A model generated the notes under the pieces. The model searched no databases. It was not told the origin of the DNA and saw only the letters and a list, made by a program, of their open reading frames with translations. A stretch of DNA of 50,296 nucleotides, filler included, from Perkinsus olseni (taxonomy: Eukaryota), in NCBI GenBank assembly GCA_013115125.1. It is 2 parts of 2 records of this genome, joined end to end, with 100 filler letters (N's around TTAATTAATTAA, not from the genome) between each part and the next. Parts side by side here need not be neighbours in the genome. Positions count along the whole stretch, not along the records: positions 25,216 to 50,296 come from JABANN010000500.1; 1 more part is not named here. One strand, written 5' to 3'. The position numbers were made by a program, and so were the translations under genes. Shown here in pieces: positions 25,409 to 36,856 of the stretch (position 1 is its first letter; the number at the start of each line of letters is the position of its first letter).

Positions 25409-26756
25409 CCAGGAATGGTTGGAGAAGCTCACCGCAGTCGAATTAGATGAGGAGTGGGTACTAGTGTCGCTGGCCTCGATCCAACACCGCCGCCCTGTTT
25501 TGCAGGGATGTCGCCCGCCTAGTACTTGACTACTTTCAAGTCACGGAACGAAGTGCAGCGGCGGCTGAATTCGTGATCGAAGCTGGTCTCACTGACCCGA
25601 TACCGAATGGTCACCATCATCACTCTCATCATGGTACTGCCTTCGCGGACGCCCGGCGTTTCCCTTATGGCCAGCTCTCAGTCACCTCCTCCTCGTCATC
25701 CTCAAGCAGCAGCAGCAGCAGCAACGCAACAAGTAACGGCGTAGATTTTGCAGTCGCTTATCTCCCACCGGGTACACGAGCACAAATTCGGCGGACGTTG
25801 ATTAATGATGATGATCCCCTAGGAGCAGAGCGCTTGCTAGATGCTCTTGACCCTAAGGTGAACACCCGGTGTACCATATACTGTATCATGAGCCTTTCTT
25901 AGATACTTATGGAGAACCCAACAATACGTATACGACTACGGATAGCCCAATTGGTCAAGTTAGTAGAATCAACAGCAGCAGACCAACGGGCAATGGCTAC
26001 TGCAATGGTCTTCGGTTTATCATACCTTATTTCAGCCCCCTGCTTCTGAATTATTGAAATTCGTGCAAGATAGAGTGGCCCCACTGATAGGGAATGATGA
26101 GAGTAAGGATGATGATGACTCGACAGATCTGTTGGAGAAGGCGATGATGTTGATAACATTTGGGAAGAGTGCAAGTAGTTGAATAAGGGCCCAGCAATCG
26201 GGAGATCCCAGGTTCGATTCCCGCTACTACCGTATTCAGGCATGTCATCGTTGAAAGGCCTCCAATGTAAATTGATGGAAGACCTTGACGCCGCCATACT
26301 CCGGCACTTTGATATGAGCCCAACACCACTCCTCACGTCCATTGTGAGGTATATGACGATGGAACAGGCCAAGGCTGCGGCATCATCCGAGGTGACAAGA
26401 GGGAATGACTATGGAGGAAGTCTTCGATCGTCATGTCAACAGGCCAGTGGAGCAGTGTGCGTAGTACCTCAACTTGCTGATGTTGGTGCTGCTACTTTCT
26501 CAACGACAATGGCCTCCCCTCCCAGTAAGACAGCCACTAATGGCACTGTCGGCAATAACAACAACAACAATACTAGGAGGTTATCGACTAGGGAGGTTAT
26601 CCTCAGTGGTAGATGAATAAGGGAAGGAGTGGTATGATCTATTCAGTATGACCACGTTTAGATACCAGTAGTGATGAGGGCGTAGTACCCTTGGCGACAC
26701 TACTTGGTGGCCTATCACAGGCTGAAGACTCAAGTGATGATGACAACAATCCCTGA
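25409..26756 (+). CDS. GID8/TWA1-like LisH-CTLH-CRA protein (CTLH E3 ligase subunit); start codon not located
   Basis: QEWLEKLTAVELDEEDVARLVLDYFQV...AAAEF (LisH); RAQIRRTLI...LDALDPKILMENP.IRIRLRIAQLVKLV (CTLH); KLMEDLDAAILRH...LLTSIVRYM (CRA). Confidence 0.75.
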
Positions 26757-26987
26757 AGGGGAGGTTCCATGTTTTGTTTCATACTACTATCATTGCTAAC
26801 TTATCAGCTCCCCAAGGATTCGTGTTAATCCAACCTTCCAAGTTCCGTCAACCTTCCCTGTGCCTGAATATGCCACAGCCGGGGATCGAACTCGGGTCTG
26901 CGCGTGCGTGCAAAATGGGTCGCGCGTTTTCAAACCTTCTGCACGTGTGGGGAAGGAAATCAATGGGCCTTGGTTAGTTTTCGCCTA

Positions 26988-28616
26988 ATGGCTCTCCTCA
27001 ACCTGGTCTGCCTGCTACTTGCCTGGGGCCTCGTCGATGCCGCAGCCAAGGTCGATCAGCCAAAGATCGATCAGTTGGCAGATCTGACTGAGGATTCTCA
27101 TTACAACAACTTCGATCTGTAGCACACTCGATCGCCTAATGATAGTAATGCTGCTGGTCATCAGGTCAGCAGTGATACGTCTTAATATTACCGGATACAA
27201 GGAGTACGCCTTGAAGCAGCCTAAGCCCTATCATATCTTCATCATGTTCACAGCCAACTCTGGTGTATGTAAAGTATGCCCTCACTTGGAGAGGTCCTTC
27301 GATAGAGCATCATTATCTTACTATGCGGTAGTAGTAGTGATAGTAATACTAAGCACAACTGTGTTCATGTCGTATACAGATCGGGGCTCATCACGCAGCT
27401 GATGATGTTGATGGCGATCCAGTATTCTTTGGTATGATAGACGCTTACTCTAACACGGAGCTACAACGACTACATGAGCTGAAGGCAGTACCATTGTTGG
27501 TAGTACTACCATCACCGTGCTGATGCTACTGATGATGCTGCTACTCCGGCGGTAAGGTACATTTTAGTCACAAATCACAGTTGACTAAGAAGAAGAAGTC
27601 CGGCACTCTAGCGATCAAGGCAGCGGATCAGTTCCGAATCTCCAAATATGATCATACTCCTGAGGACTTGCTGGTGTGGATGAACCAGAAAACTGGTCGG
27701 GAGGTGAGGGTCTTCAAGACGCCTCATGAAAGGCTATCGGTAATAATATAAAGTGTTACTCCGCCATCGTCCTTGCATTGACACCTCTACAGAGCGCGTT
27801 AAAGATGCTCTTCGGGGCCGTGTTGTTGGTGATAGTGGGAATCTTCGGTATCTACAGTGCCCGTACTTGGCCTATCACCTGCGCTATTGTAGCCCTCTGT
27901 ATCGAGGTAATAGAGTATGGACCATCATCACTATTATGTTTTTGTGTATAGTTCGTCTCCATGTCCGGTATATTCTTCAATATACTACAGGGTATGATGA
28001 TGCAGGGCAAAGATGCTCAGGGTAACCCTGAATGGATCATGGAAGGGGTAGTGCGACTACAGGCCTATCAGCAGCAGCAACCTTGGTATTTAGATGCGCG
28101 GACAGTATCTAGGAGAGGGGTTGGCGGCCTCCTTCATGATGATCACATCAGGGGTTTGTATGCTGATTGCAGTCAGGCTACCCAGCGTTAAGTATTTCCA
28201 AGGGAGCAAGAAAGCAAGTGAGTAGCTGTACTCCTATTGAAATGGTTGTGGAATCATCAGCCTCTACAGGTAGCATTCAGCTAGTATCGGTAGCAGTAAG
28301 CGTCCTCTGCATGTGGGCTGTGTTTGAGATGTATGCAGTGAAAACTGGATGGTGAGGAGAGCAGGGAGGGGAGGCTAGTCGCCCGTTACTGGTGTTATTC
28401 ATTTCTGTCGTATTTGTCTTGAGACATCGGCTAGGGGGTCATGATGGCAGCAGGTGGTCTGAGGAGTCCACTGTGGGGATCTTGTTCCACTAGGGTTCCT
28501 GTGAGGTTCAGGCTTCTCATCATGTACATGGTCTCAGGGCGATGTCATCGACCTTCTACCCTCCGGATACATACAAGAGAGGCTGGGTTAGAGCTGACCA
28601 GGGCAACACATTCTGA
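26988..28616 (+). CDS. OST3/OST6 (MAGT1/TUSC3) family oligosaccharyltransferase subunit, multi-exon
   Basis: Signal peptide; thioredoxin-like IMFTANSGVCKVCP (CxxC); SGIFFNILQG; RGQYLGEG; transmembrane segments; C-terminus ...DQGNTF*. Confidence 0.85.
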
Positions 28617-28798
28617 GCGGAGCGAAGCTTTTCCCAATCGTAATTTTTGGAAGGATGGTCGTCATTCATGGGGGAGGGGTCTCAGTGTTTGAATGCTCTT
28701 GGTAGTTTATGACTGCTCTTAGTGGTCGTTGTGTTGGGTTGAATGTCTCGACGAGGATTCGAACCCATGCCCTTCGGACTGCAGTATTGTAGTTTCTT

Positions 28799-31700
28799 AT
28801 GACCATCAGCGCCGAGGTTGATCTCACACCGTCACGATGCTTATTGATTGATCATTACGATTCCTACACTCATAATTTAAAAGATATTTTTGAGAGTATC
28901 TTGGGGTCGGAAAATGTAGATGAAGTAAAATGCGATTCGAAGTACGACGCTTCGGTCTTGGACTTGACTAAGTACTCTATTATTGTACTATCCCCAGGCC
29001 CTGGTAACCCTGATAATGCCGACGATCTAGGTGCCCTTACCAGCTCAATACTAGCAATGTACAGTGGTCGTGCTGATGCCTCATCACTACCACTCCTCTT
29101 TGGGGTATGCCTCGGTCATCAGGCCATAGCTGCTGCCTTCGGTGGGAGTATAGTACCATCTTGTCCAGCAAGGCATGGTGTCCGTGCTACAGTGTCCGTC
29201 TCAGCATCTAGGAGCGAAGGGATCTTCGCGGACATCCCCGCTCAGTTCGCGGCTATACGGTATCATTCGTTGGAGGTGGCAGAGGACACCCTTCCAGAGT
29301 GCTTGGAGCTTCTAGCGTGGTCTTGGGATAAGGTCGACGACGTGGAGGTCGAGAGGCTTCCAATCGATCACGTGATCGATTCGGATAGTCCATCATGGTT
29401 ACGTAACCTCAGAGAGAGTCATTGTATATGTAAGGAAGGGTCGGGTAGGAGTAGGCGAGTGCTGATGGCTCTGCGGCATCGCCAGCTACCGATGTTTGGA
29501 GTTCAATTCCATCCGGAGTCTGTGTGCTCCGAGTTTGGTTGGCAAGTATGCTCTAATGTATGTCGTATGGCAAGGGATAGGAAGTTCAGAGTATGTCGGC
29601 CAGCAAGGAGTAGCCTCGACCTTCCAAGCCCCCGCCCCTTGACCCGCACAGGTTCTATCCCCAGCACTGGCAACTTGCAGCTATTCTCTCGGAGCTTCCC
29701 TGTTGGTGATGGTTTTGATGTGCGGACCTTCTTCGAGTCCTTCATCTGCGACTGTAGAGATATTGCAGAGGATGAGCCGGCTCCGGTCGTCTGGTTGGAT
29801 TCGGCTAAGTCGAGCAAGCATTCTAGTGATGGCCGATACACCTTTATGTGTGGTGGAAGACAGGCCCGGGGATCGAACCTGTGCGTTGTGGATGATAAGC
29901 TAGAGCTCCTGTGGGGACGTGACAGCGAACTGAGACCAGACAAGAGCCAGCTGGCGGATCCTGGAGATCCCTTCGTGTTACTCCGAGAATACTGTGATCA
30001 ACTTCGCGGGAAGGTTGGCGGCCCCCTAGAGGTATCATCCCTCCCTCCATTGATACCTCCATGTATCCTAGGGACCTTGGGATACGATGGCCTATCTACG
30101 GTATATATAGTGAGTGATAGGATACTTGCTATCGATCACTCGATCGATATGGTAACGGCACTGCAGGTAGGTGGTGATGACTCCGAGCGATGGTTCGACT
30201 GTGTGGGCAAGGCCGTCAAGGAGTGTACATACCTTGGCCCATACTCTTTCTTCTGCTGCCCGACGCCTGTGAGTCCTCTGGAGCTGCGAGTGAGAGACAC
30301 TCGGGGTTGCTACATGGATAAGATAGAGGCATGTCAACAGGCTATTGCCTTTGGTGACAGCTACGAGCTTTGCCTTACTACCCAGATTGCTACTGATGGT
30401 GATAACCACCGCGTATGCCCTCTATGTGCCTTCATTAGGTTGAGGCAGCGTAACCCCACCAACTACATCGCGTTTATGTACCTACCCTCTATCGGGTATG
30501 TAGCATGCGGGTCACCGGAGAGGTTCTGTAAGGTGGCCGAGGGTTGTGTAGAGATGAAGCCGATAAAGGGTACTCGACCTAGAGGCCAAGATCCTGCGGA
30601 GGATGAGAGCTTAGTGGCAGATCTGGCTACCAGTCCAAAGGATTTTGCTGAGAATCTTATGGTAGTGGACCTAGTTCGTAATGATCTCAATACTGTATGT
30701 GAGACAGGGAGTGTCCACTGCCCTAAGCTCATGAAGGTGGAGAGCTATCAGAACTATCATCAGCTAGTCTCAACAGTTTGTGGTCGTCTACCTATCGAGG
30801 AAGGGTATCACGCCTCTCCAGTTGCTGCCTTAAAGGCACTGTTCCCTGCTGGCAGCATGACTGGTGCCCCGAAAGTGAGAGCCTGTCAGATCCTTGACAG
30901 CTTGGAGAGTGGGCCTAGAGGCATCTACTCGGGCGCCATCGGGTATGTAGCACCACTAAATGACTCGGCTGACTTTGCAGTTGTGATACGGACGATCGTA
31001 TTTGATGGTAGTACGATTACAACAGGGTGTGGAGGAGCTATCGTGGCTGGGTCGAACACTAAAGACGAGTGGGATGAGGTCCTAGTGAAGGCCCGACCCC
31101 AGCTCTGGTCCCTCACTGGTCACCAGGTTATGCTTACTACGGATGTGGGAGTAAAGGCAGTGATCCATCCTAAGGTCTCCTGGGACATGACACATCTTAG
31201 GTTATTCGAGACGATGTTGTTAAAGTGTGGTACGATAGAGTTCCTGGACTACCATGCTCAGAGGTTTGCCGCTAGTGCTGCTGCCCTCTGGGGGGTACCC
31301 CGGGATGAGGCTGAAGCTGCTTTCCGAAGGATTCTCAATGCCAAGCTTGTGGGGGTCATCGGGCCCAAACGGTTGAGGTTGGAGATGAATTCCGAGCTGG
31401 TGGAGGAAGGGTGGCGGTGCGATGAGTGCCCCTTGCCTGTGGCCACCCCACAGCCCCTACGCCTCTCCGAGACCGCAGTGGACCATTCTGACCTACGACT
31501 CAGGCACAAGACTAGTGACCGGAGGGTATATCCCACACAGCCTGACCGTCTACTCTATAATGAGCGTGGTGAGGTCACTGAGACGCCCATCGCTAATGTA
31601 GGGGTGAGAAGGAAGGATGGAGTGATTATCACACCTGCTGGGGACTGTGGCCTCCTCCCAGGCTGCTATCGTAGATGGCTACTGGAGGCAGGCAAGGCAG

Positions 31701-31863
31701 TGGAGGGTATCATCACACTAAACATGCTCAAGGAGTATGCGAAGGAAGGGCGTGAGATTGTGGTAGTAGTGCTGGCGGCTCCGTCATGCACTTCAGTTGA
31801 TATTCTTCTTCTCAGTGCTTCAATAGTGTCCGCGGCATCTGGCGAGCTCAAGTCCAAGTCTAG
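28799..31863 (+). CDS. pabABC: Trifunctional PabA-PabB-PabC fusion (aminodeoxychorismate synthase plus ADC lyase-like class IV PLP domain); exons 28799-31762 and 31816-31863, 1003 aa
   Basis: GATase motifs IDHYDSYT, SPGPG, GVCLGHQ, RYHSL, FHPES. PabB motifs GDSYELCLT, SPERF, KPIKGT, ENLMVVDLVRNDL, FPAGSMTGAPK, GGAIV. Class IV PLP motifs LFETM, H.QRF..SA, HKT, NERGEVTE, GLLPG and, after splicing, NSVRG. Confidence 0.93.
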
Positions 31864-32012
31864 TCAACAGAGTTTTATCATCATCATGAATGATCACTGC
31901 TGCTGGTGTTAGTCCACGTCCAAGTGATGACGTTTCCTGCACCATCCCCTTGTCTTGTATTCCACCCTGGGCCTATCTCCCGTCAGTTTTTGTAATACCC
32001 TTACTAAAAGTG

Positions 32013-34775
32013 ATGTCATCCAACTTACCAGTGGCCCCTCCAAAGTTCGATGAGGCATCTCTAGAGGCGGAGCTCCGGCGTATGGGCCTGGATGATGATG
32101 CTGATGGTGGTGGTGATACCCTCTTCCGGAGGGGTAATACTGATAATGACATCACCAACTTGATGGCCTCTGCATGTGCCTCTGAAGGTGATGATACCTA
32201 GGCGTAAGGGTAGGGCTAGCTATGCTCAGTCTGTAGGTCAGCGGCCAGCGGGCTTATCATGGGCCTCTTCCAACGACGGCAGTCTGAACGACCCGACCCT
32301 GTTGAAGGAGTTGGCTGCTATGTCCGAGGAGGAGGAAGATCCTGAGAAGGTCGATAAAGTCGTGCAGGCTGCCATGTCTGGGGAGGTACTAGGAGATGCC
32401 CCTACATCCTCCCTGCCCCTCCCGCCCATCAGGATAGGTCGTGTAACGCGGTATCCAAAGCCCCCACTGGCCTCACAAGCGAGGAGCTCATGGAGTCCTT
32501 GGGGCTTCAAGATGATGATGATGATGATGATGCGGGAGGACTGGATGGTAGTTGAGCATGTCGCCTTGTTGCCGTTATCGTCGTAGTTGTAGGTGGTATG
32601 GCAGTGGTGGAGGCTGCTGAGCCCCATGCCTGCGAACTGTTGGTCAGCCTTGCGGTCATGGAATGGTACCTCGGGGAGGATGCTCCCATACAGCTGACTG
32701 ATGAAGAAAAGGAGGGTGAGTGGGGACCACCGACTACATCTGGTGAAGTCTTCATCAGAGCTCAACCTTCAAGTCCGGACCCTCACCCTGGATGCTCAGT
32801 CCGGAAGGCTGTCCTCGGAGAAGTAACTAGTACATGAATCTGCTAACTCTTAGCGCTGCTGCTGCTGCACCTGCAGATACGCTGAGAGGGTGGAGGCTCG
32901 GATCACAGCGGATGAAGCTCTCCTAGAACACCTCGGCGTGGCCGATCGTGCGATAGTTGAGAAACGTATAATGATTGCCAAGAGTAGGCCGTTACTGCCC
33001 CTTGTTGCTGCATGGTGTTATGATGCGGTCCTTGATGCAGATGAATTAGCGAGCGATGGGAGCGGAGATGATGAGGGCGAGGACGAGGACGAGGAGGAGG
33101 GCAAGTATGAAGAGTACCGGACAGTAGTGATGAGGAGATTGAGGGAGTACCAGAGAGGTGCCGCTGCTTTGGCTGGAGCTGGCGTTACGGAAAGAGCAAG
33201 GTGGGCCAAGAATGCAAGATTCGGCGTGGGAGTATCCATTCTCCCTAGGGACCTGCTACATTCGGCAGTTGAGCTTAAGGATCTTCTGGAGAGCGGAGCG
33301 AAGCAATACCGTTTGGCTGTAAATGAAGGAAGGGTAAGATGCCGCATTGGCCTTCCGGCGGACTCCACCCATACGCCCAGTAGGTGCCGCCCTCTCTGAC
33401 TGATGAGATACTCATGGGGCAGTCAGAGGTGGACCGTAGAGCGGTGATTGATGAGTTGGAGAACAGGTTGCGAGAGGCCTCACAGCAGCATAAGGAGCAT
33501 GCACTCTTCTGTTTGAAGTAGTACCGGCGAGGTTACCGTTGGTGAAGCTAGAGATGTCGTGCAGGCTCTCCCAGTCACCCGACTTACTCGATCCTCCGGC
33601 CCACGGACAAGTTCCGAGACGCCTAGCAGGCAAACAGAAACCTGAAGAGGCGGATGCGATAAAAAAGTTGAAGGACGAGGCCGTGGTAGGATACTCTAAC
33701 CTAGTTTGTATCTTCCCAGGTCGACCTCTGGATACTCTGCAGATGCATAACACTCTTCGGAAGAACGCTGAGGCCGAGATTGCCTGGCTCGAAGATTCCA
33801 GAGCAGACCGATGGCAATTCGTGCCAACTGGTATGAAAATCTTTGCTGTGCGCTGAGCATCTTCGGTTGATTAGAGCTTGAGAAACGTAGTGTGAAGTAT
33901 ACCCGATTGAATGAAGATGAGGATGTTGAGGAGATGGGGCATTTGAAGGTGTCGTTAGAGGTAGTATCGTCCGAGTTGCTCTCAGCTGCTGTCGTTGCCA
34001 CCATCCATTCTGCCTGAGTAACCCTAGTAGATACCGTCCGAGACAATGAGGTGTCTGAGGGAGTGGTCAGAGGACTACCCCGTGCATCTTGAAGTCACCA
34101 TTCATGGACTGCCTAGTGCCTCCGATCCATACGTCTTTACCATGGAGTTGTTGGTAGTAGTGCTGGTCGTGTTCTATGGGTTTACCGCTCATGGCCACTT
34201 TTAGGGCACCACTTTGGATCATGACTTTGATTTCTCGCACATGCGGCAGACGACAGTAGAGAGGGCATTTGGCAAGGCAAAGATTACTGTCAAGGTGAGC
34301 TCTTCCGTATCTTCCTCGGTCAACCAAAGATACGCCCTATCAGGTTTTCCGGCAGCGTAACGCTTTGGCCAGTCTGTTCGGCAACTCGTTGAAGGAGATC
34401 GGCAGTACCCCCAGTGCGGTAAAACTGGAGGGACTCCAAACTCATACACACCTAGAGGGAGAGTAGGAACTCTATCTACCTCTTATAAGTAGTGCTACAC
34501 TCTCAGCTTGGTCCTAGCCCCCCACACTGGGGACACCCCTGAACCGAGGAGGTCCAACAAGAGGCGCTCATCCATCCAACCCATCATCAAGGTCCTCATC
34601 ACGTCATCTGGCGAGTCCAGTGGTAGTCTACAGGTTCGGTGTCGTCTTCGAGCCCCAGCCGGTCGATCCTCATGGTTGACTGTCAATGAGTATACCTATT
34701 GCGTCCTGCCTACCCCACTGCCTCCGACCATCAAGGACTTCACGCTCAGCAATGAGGCCCAGGATCAGGAGATGG

Positions 34776-34807
<32 letters not shown>

Positions 34808-35316
34808 ACACAAGGTCGGGAGTGTATCTCTTCGTGGTGTCGCCGTTCCAGGGTATAACCTCAGAGCCTTGCCGTGTCGTGGACCCACTGGTGTCGCCAT
34901 TGGATCCATCATTATGGGTATCAGTCGAGGCCATAGAGGACAGGCTTCAACAGCTAGCTGATGATGATGAGGAGAAGGAAGGCCTCGAGACTCGAAGGGG
35001 CCATCTCGTTGATGAGGTACCGCCGGAGCTGGTCAGCTCTGCAACACACTCAGTGGTCCTCAGATCCAGTCGGGTGCTCTATCTTACGACAAGTATGTCC
35101 AGTCGATGAGGAGGAGTGTAGAGAGCGATATCAAGCTAGCTATACAAGTAAGGGAGTATTGTAGCCTCTGTCATACCACATCACCACCAACTCCAGTTAA
35201 AACGGCTAAATCGGACTCATGAAGCGGCGGTTGTCTACAAGCGAGCCAAGGTTATGAGAGAAGCACTACAGGCTGCTGCTGCTGCCGAGGAGGACGAGGA
35301 AGAGGAGGGAGTATAG
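32013..35316 (+). CDS. Coiled-coil/C2-domain protein, CC2D1/Lgd-like, multi-exon
   Basis: DEASLEAELRRM and DPTLLKELAAM segments, coiled coils, a C2-end-like GSLQVRCRLRAP, SVEAIEDRL and an acidic tail. Confidence 0.5.
34064..34454. mobile_element. Unclassified 391-bp insertion in an intron, flanked by a 7-bp direct repeat
   Basis: GAGGGAG at 34057-63 and 34455-61; removing the insert and one repeat leaves a 58-nt GT-AG intron. Confidence 0.45.
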
Positions 35317-35461
35317 GTGGATCTCTGAGTGACCAAGTTTTCCTATTTTACATTTCTAATGACCAGTTTCTCACCACAAGTTCGAATTTCGTGGCGCGTG
35401 ACGTACATCGTTGTTGTTGTTATCACCAGCATCTTCAGCGTTACCTCTTCCCTCCTCCCTG

Positions 35462-36603
35462 ATGCCCACGTCCCCTTCCCCTCGTCGTTCGTCGTCCAGA
35501 GGCAGTAGTCGCTCTCGTTCGAGGTCCTATAGCAGAGATAATAGACGGTACGAGAAGAGGGATGAGCCTTCGAGGAGCAGGTCTAGAGGTAGTACTCACC
35601 AGTCCTTGGGGTACACCAGGATGGTATATTTTCAGATGCTGCTCGTGGTGGTGGCGGTGATGGTGGTGGTGAGAGGCCTCGCGAGGAAGGGAGCTACAAC
35701 GAGGGGGAGAGCTGCAGCCTCATCGTCAGGAACCTGGTAGGGGGCATGTATTGGGGTATAGACGTAAGAGGCTATCTGTGCTCTCAGAATTATGATACCT
35801 CTCCACAGCATGTAAGAAGCCTGTTCAGTAGATATGGCGAGATAAGGGACGTGTACCTCCCATTGGACTACAACACTGGCAGGCCTAGGTGCTCCTCCTC
35901 ACCCTCCTCACCCTCCGATAATCATCGCTATTCTCCCTTCATCATCTGCTGTCTTTCTCCGTCTTATTCAGAGGTTTCGGCTTTGTGGAGTTCTGTGATC
36001 ATCGTGATGTGTTGGAGGCGAAGAATGCAATGAACGGCAAGGTTGTTGATGGCAATGCTATTCGTAGGGATTTGCTCAGCTGCCTGCCGCCGCTCTATTC
36101 ATCTTGATCTCGGTTGGCGCGTGTTGAAGCGTATTGGAATCTCAGGGTGATGATGATGGTGATGATGATGTGGGTAGAAGAACTTATCGTCTCGTTCCGA
36201 TGCTCATCAGCATGATAATGATGAAGAGGATGATGAACTTTAGTCGATGATCCCTTATTGGATGATTCAGAAGTTGATATCGCCCAGCGCGGTCGGAAGT
36301 CCCCACACACGATGAGGAGGCTCATCAGTCGCAGAGGAGGCTATGGAAAAGGCAAAGGTTACTACGGTGGAGGAGGAGGAGGAGGATACGGGTAGGACTA
36401 CCGTTCCATCATCCTTCTCTTGACTTGAACGTTGTCCTAGACGTGGCGATAATTACAGTGGAGGTTATGGTGGCGGCTACAGTCCTCGAAGACGTAGTGA
36501 TGATGATTACTCCGGAGGGAGAGGCTATCGAGATGAGTATGGCCGAGATGACCGTCGAAGCCCTAGAAGGCGTTCAAGGAGCTACAGCCGCGATAGACGT
36601 TAG
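35462..36603 (+). CDS. SR splicing factor (single RRM, SRSF10/SC35-like), paralog 1
   Basis: RS-rich ends; [36 protein letters not shown]/RS tail. Confidence 0.92.
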
Positions 36604-36856
36604 AGAGGTACTAAAAGAGAGGTATGAAGGATGGAGTGACTCCGCATTCTATGATGACAGGTGATGGTAAGTTCCCCTTGGAGAAGGGTTGAATCTCCCT
36701 AGATGATGCTGATAGTGAATTATGATCATCTCTGATGAGATGAGTACCGTTATATGAGAATATCCTTGCTTCTTGTTGCGTTGGGTGATCCATCGGATTG
36801 TCCTCTTATCGACGACTTTCATTATGCTTGGCAGTGGTACCCGAGGCTAACCACCA

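Noticed and set aside
26850-26900. Permuted tRNA gene (minus strand CTGTGGC-ATATTCA-GGCACAG hairpin following a T-arm)
   Set aside because: The acceptor stem has a G-G mismatch, and the following sequence lacks U8, a D-arm and an anticodon arm.
31763-31912. C-terminal hydrophobic tail of the 1037-aa ORF as a membrane anchor
   Set aside because: It is intron read-through; splicing gives the conserved NSVRG end.
9915-35400. Recurring AATTT(C/T)GTGGCG motif (about 9918, 12768, 18570, 20812, 35385) as an E2F-like promoter element
   Set aside because: At least one copy is inside coding sequence, and enrichment cannot be judged from this window.
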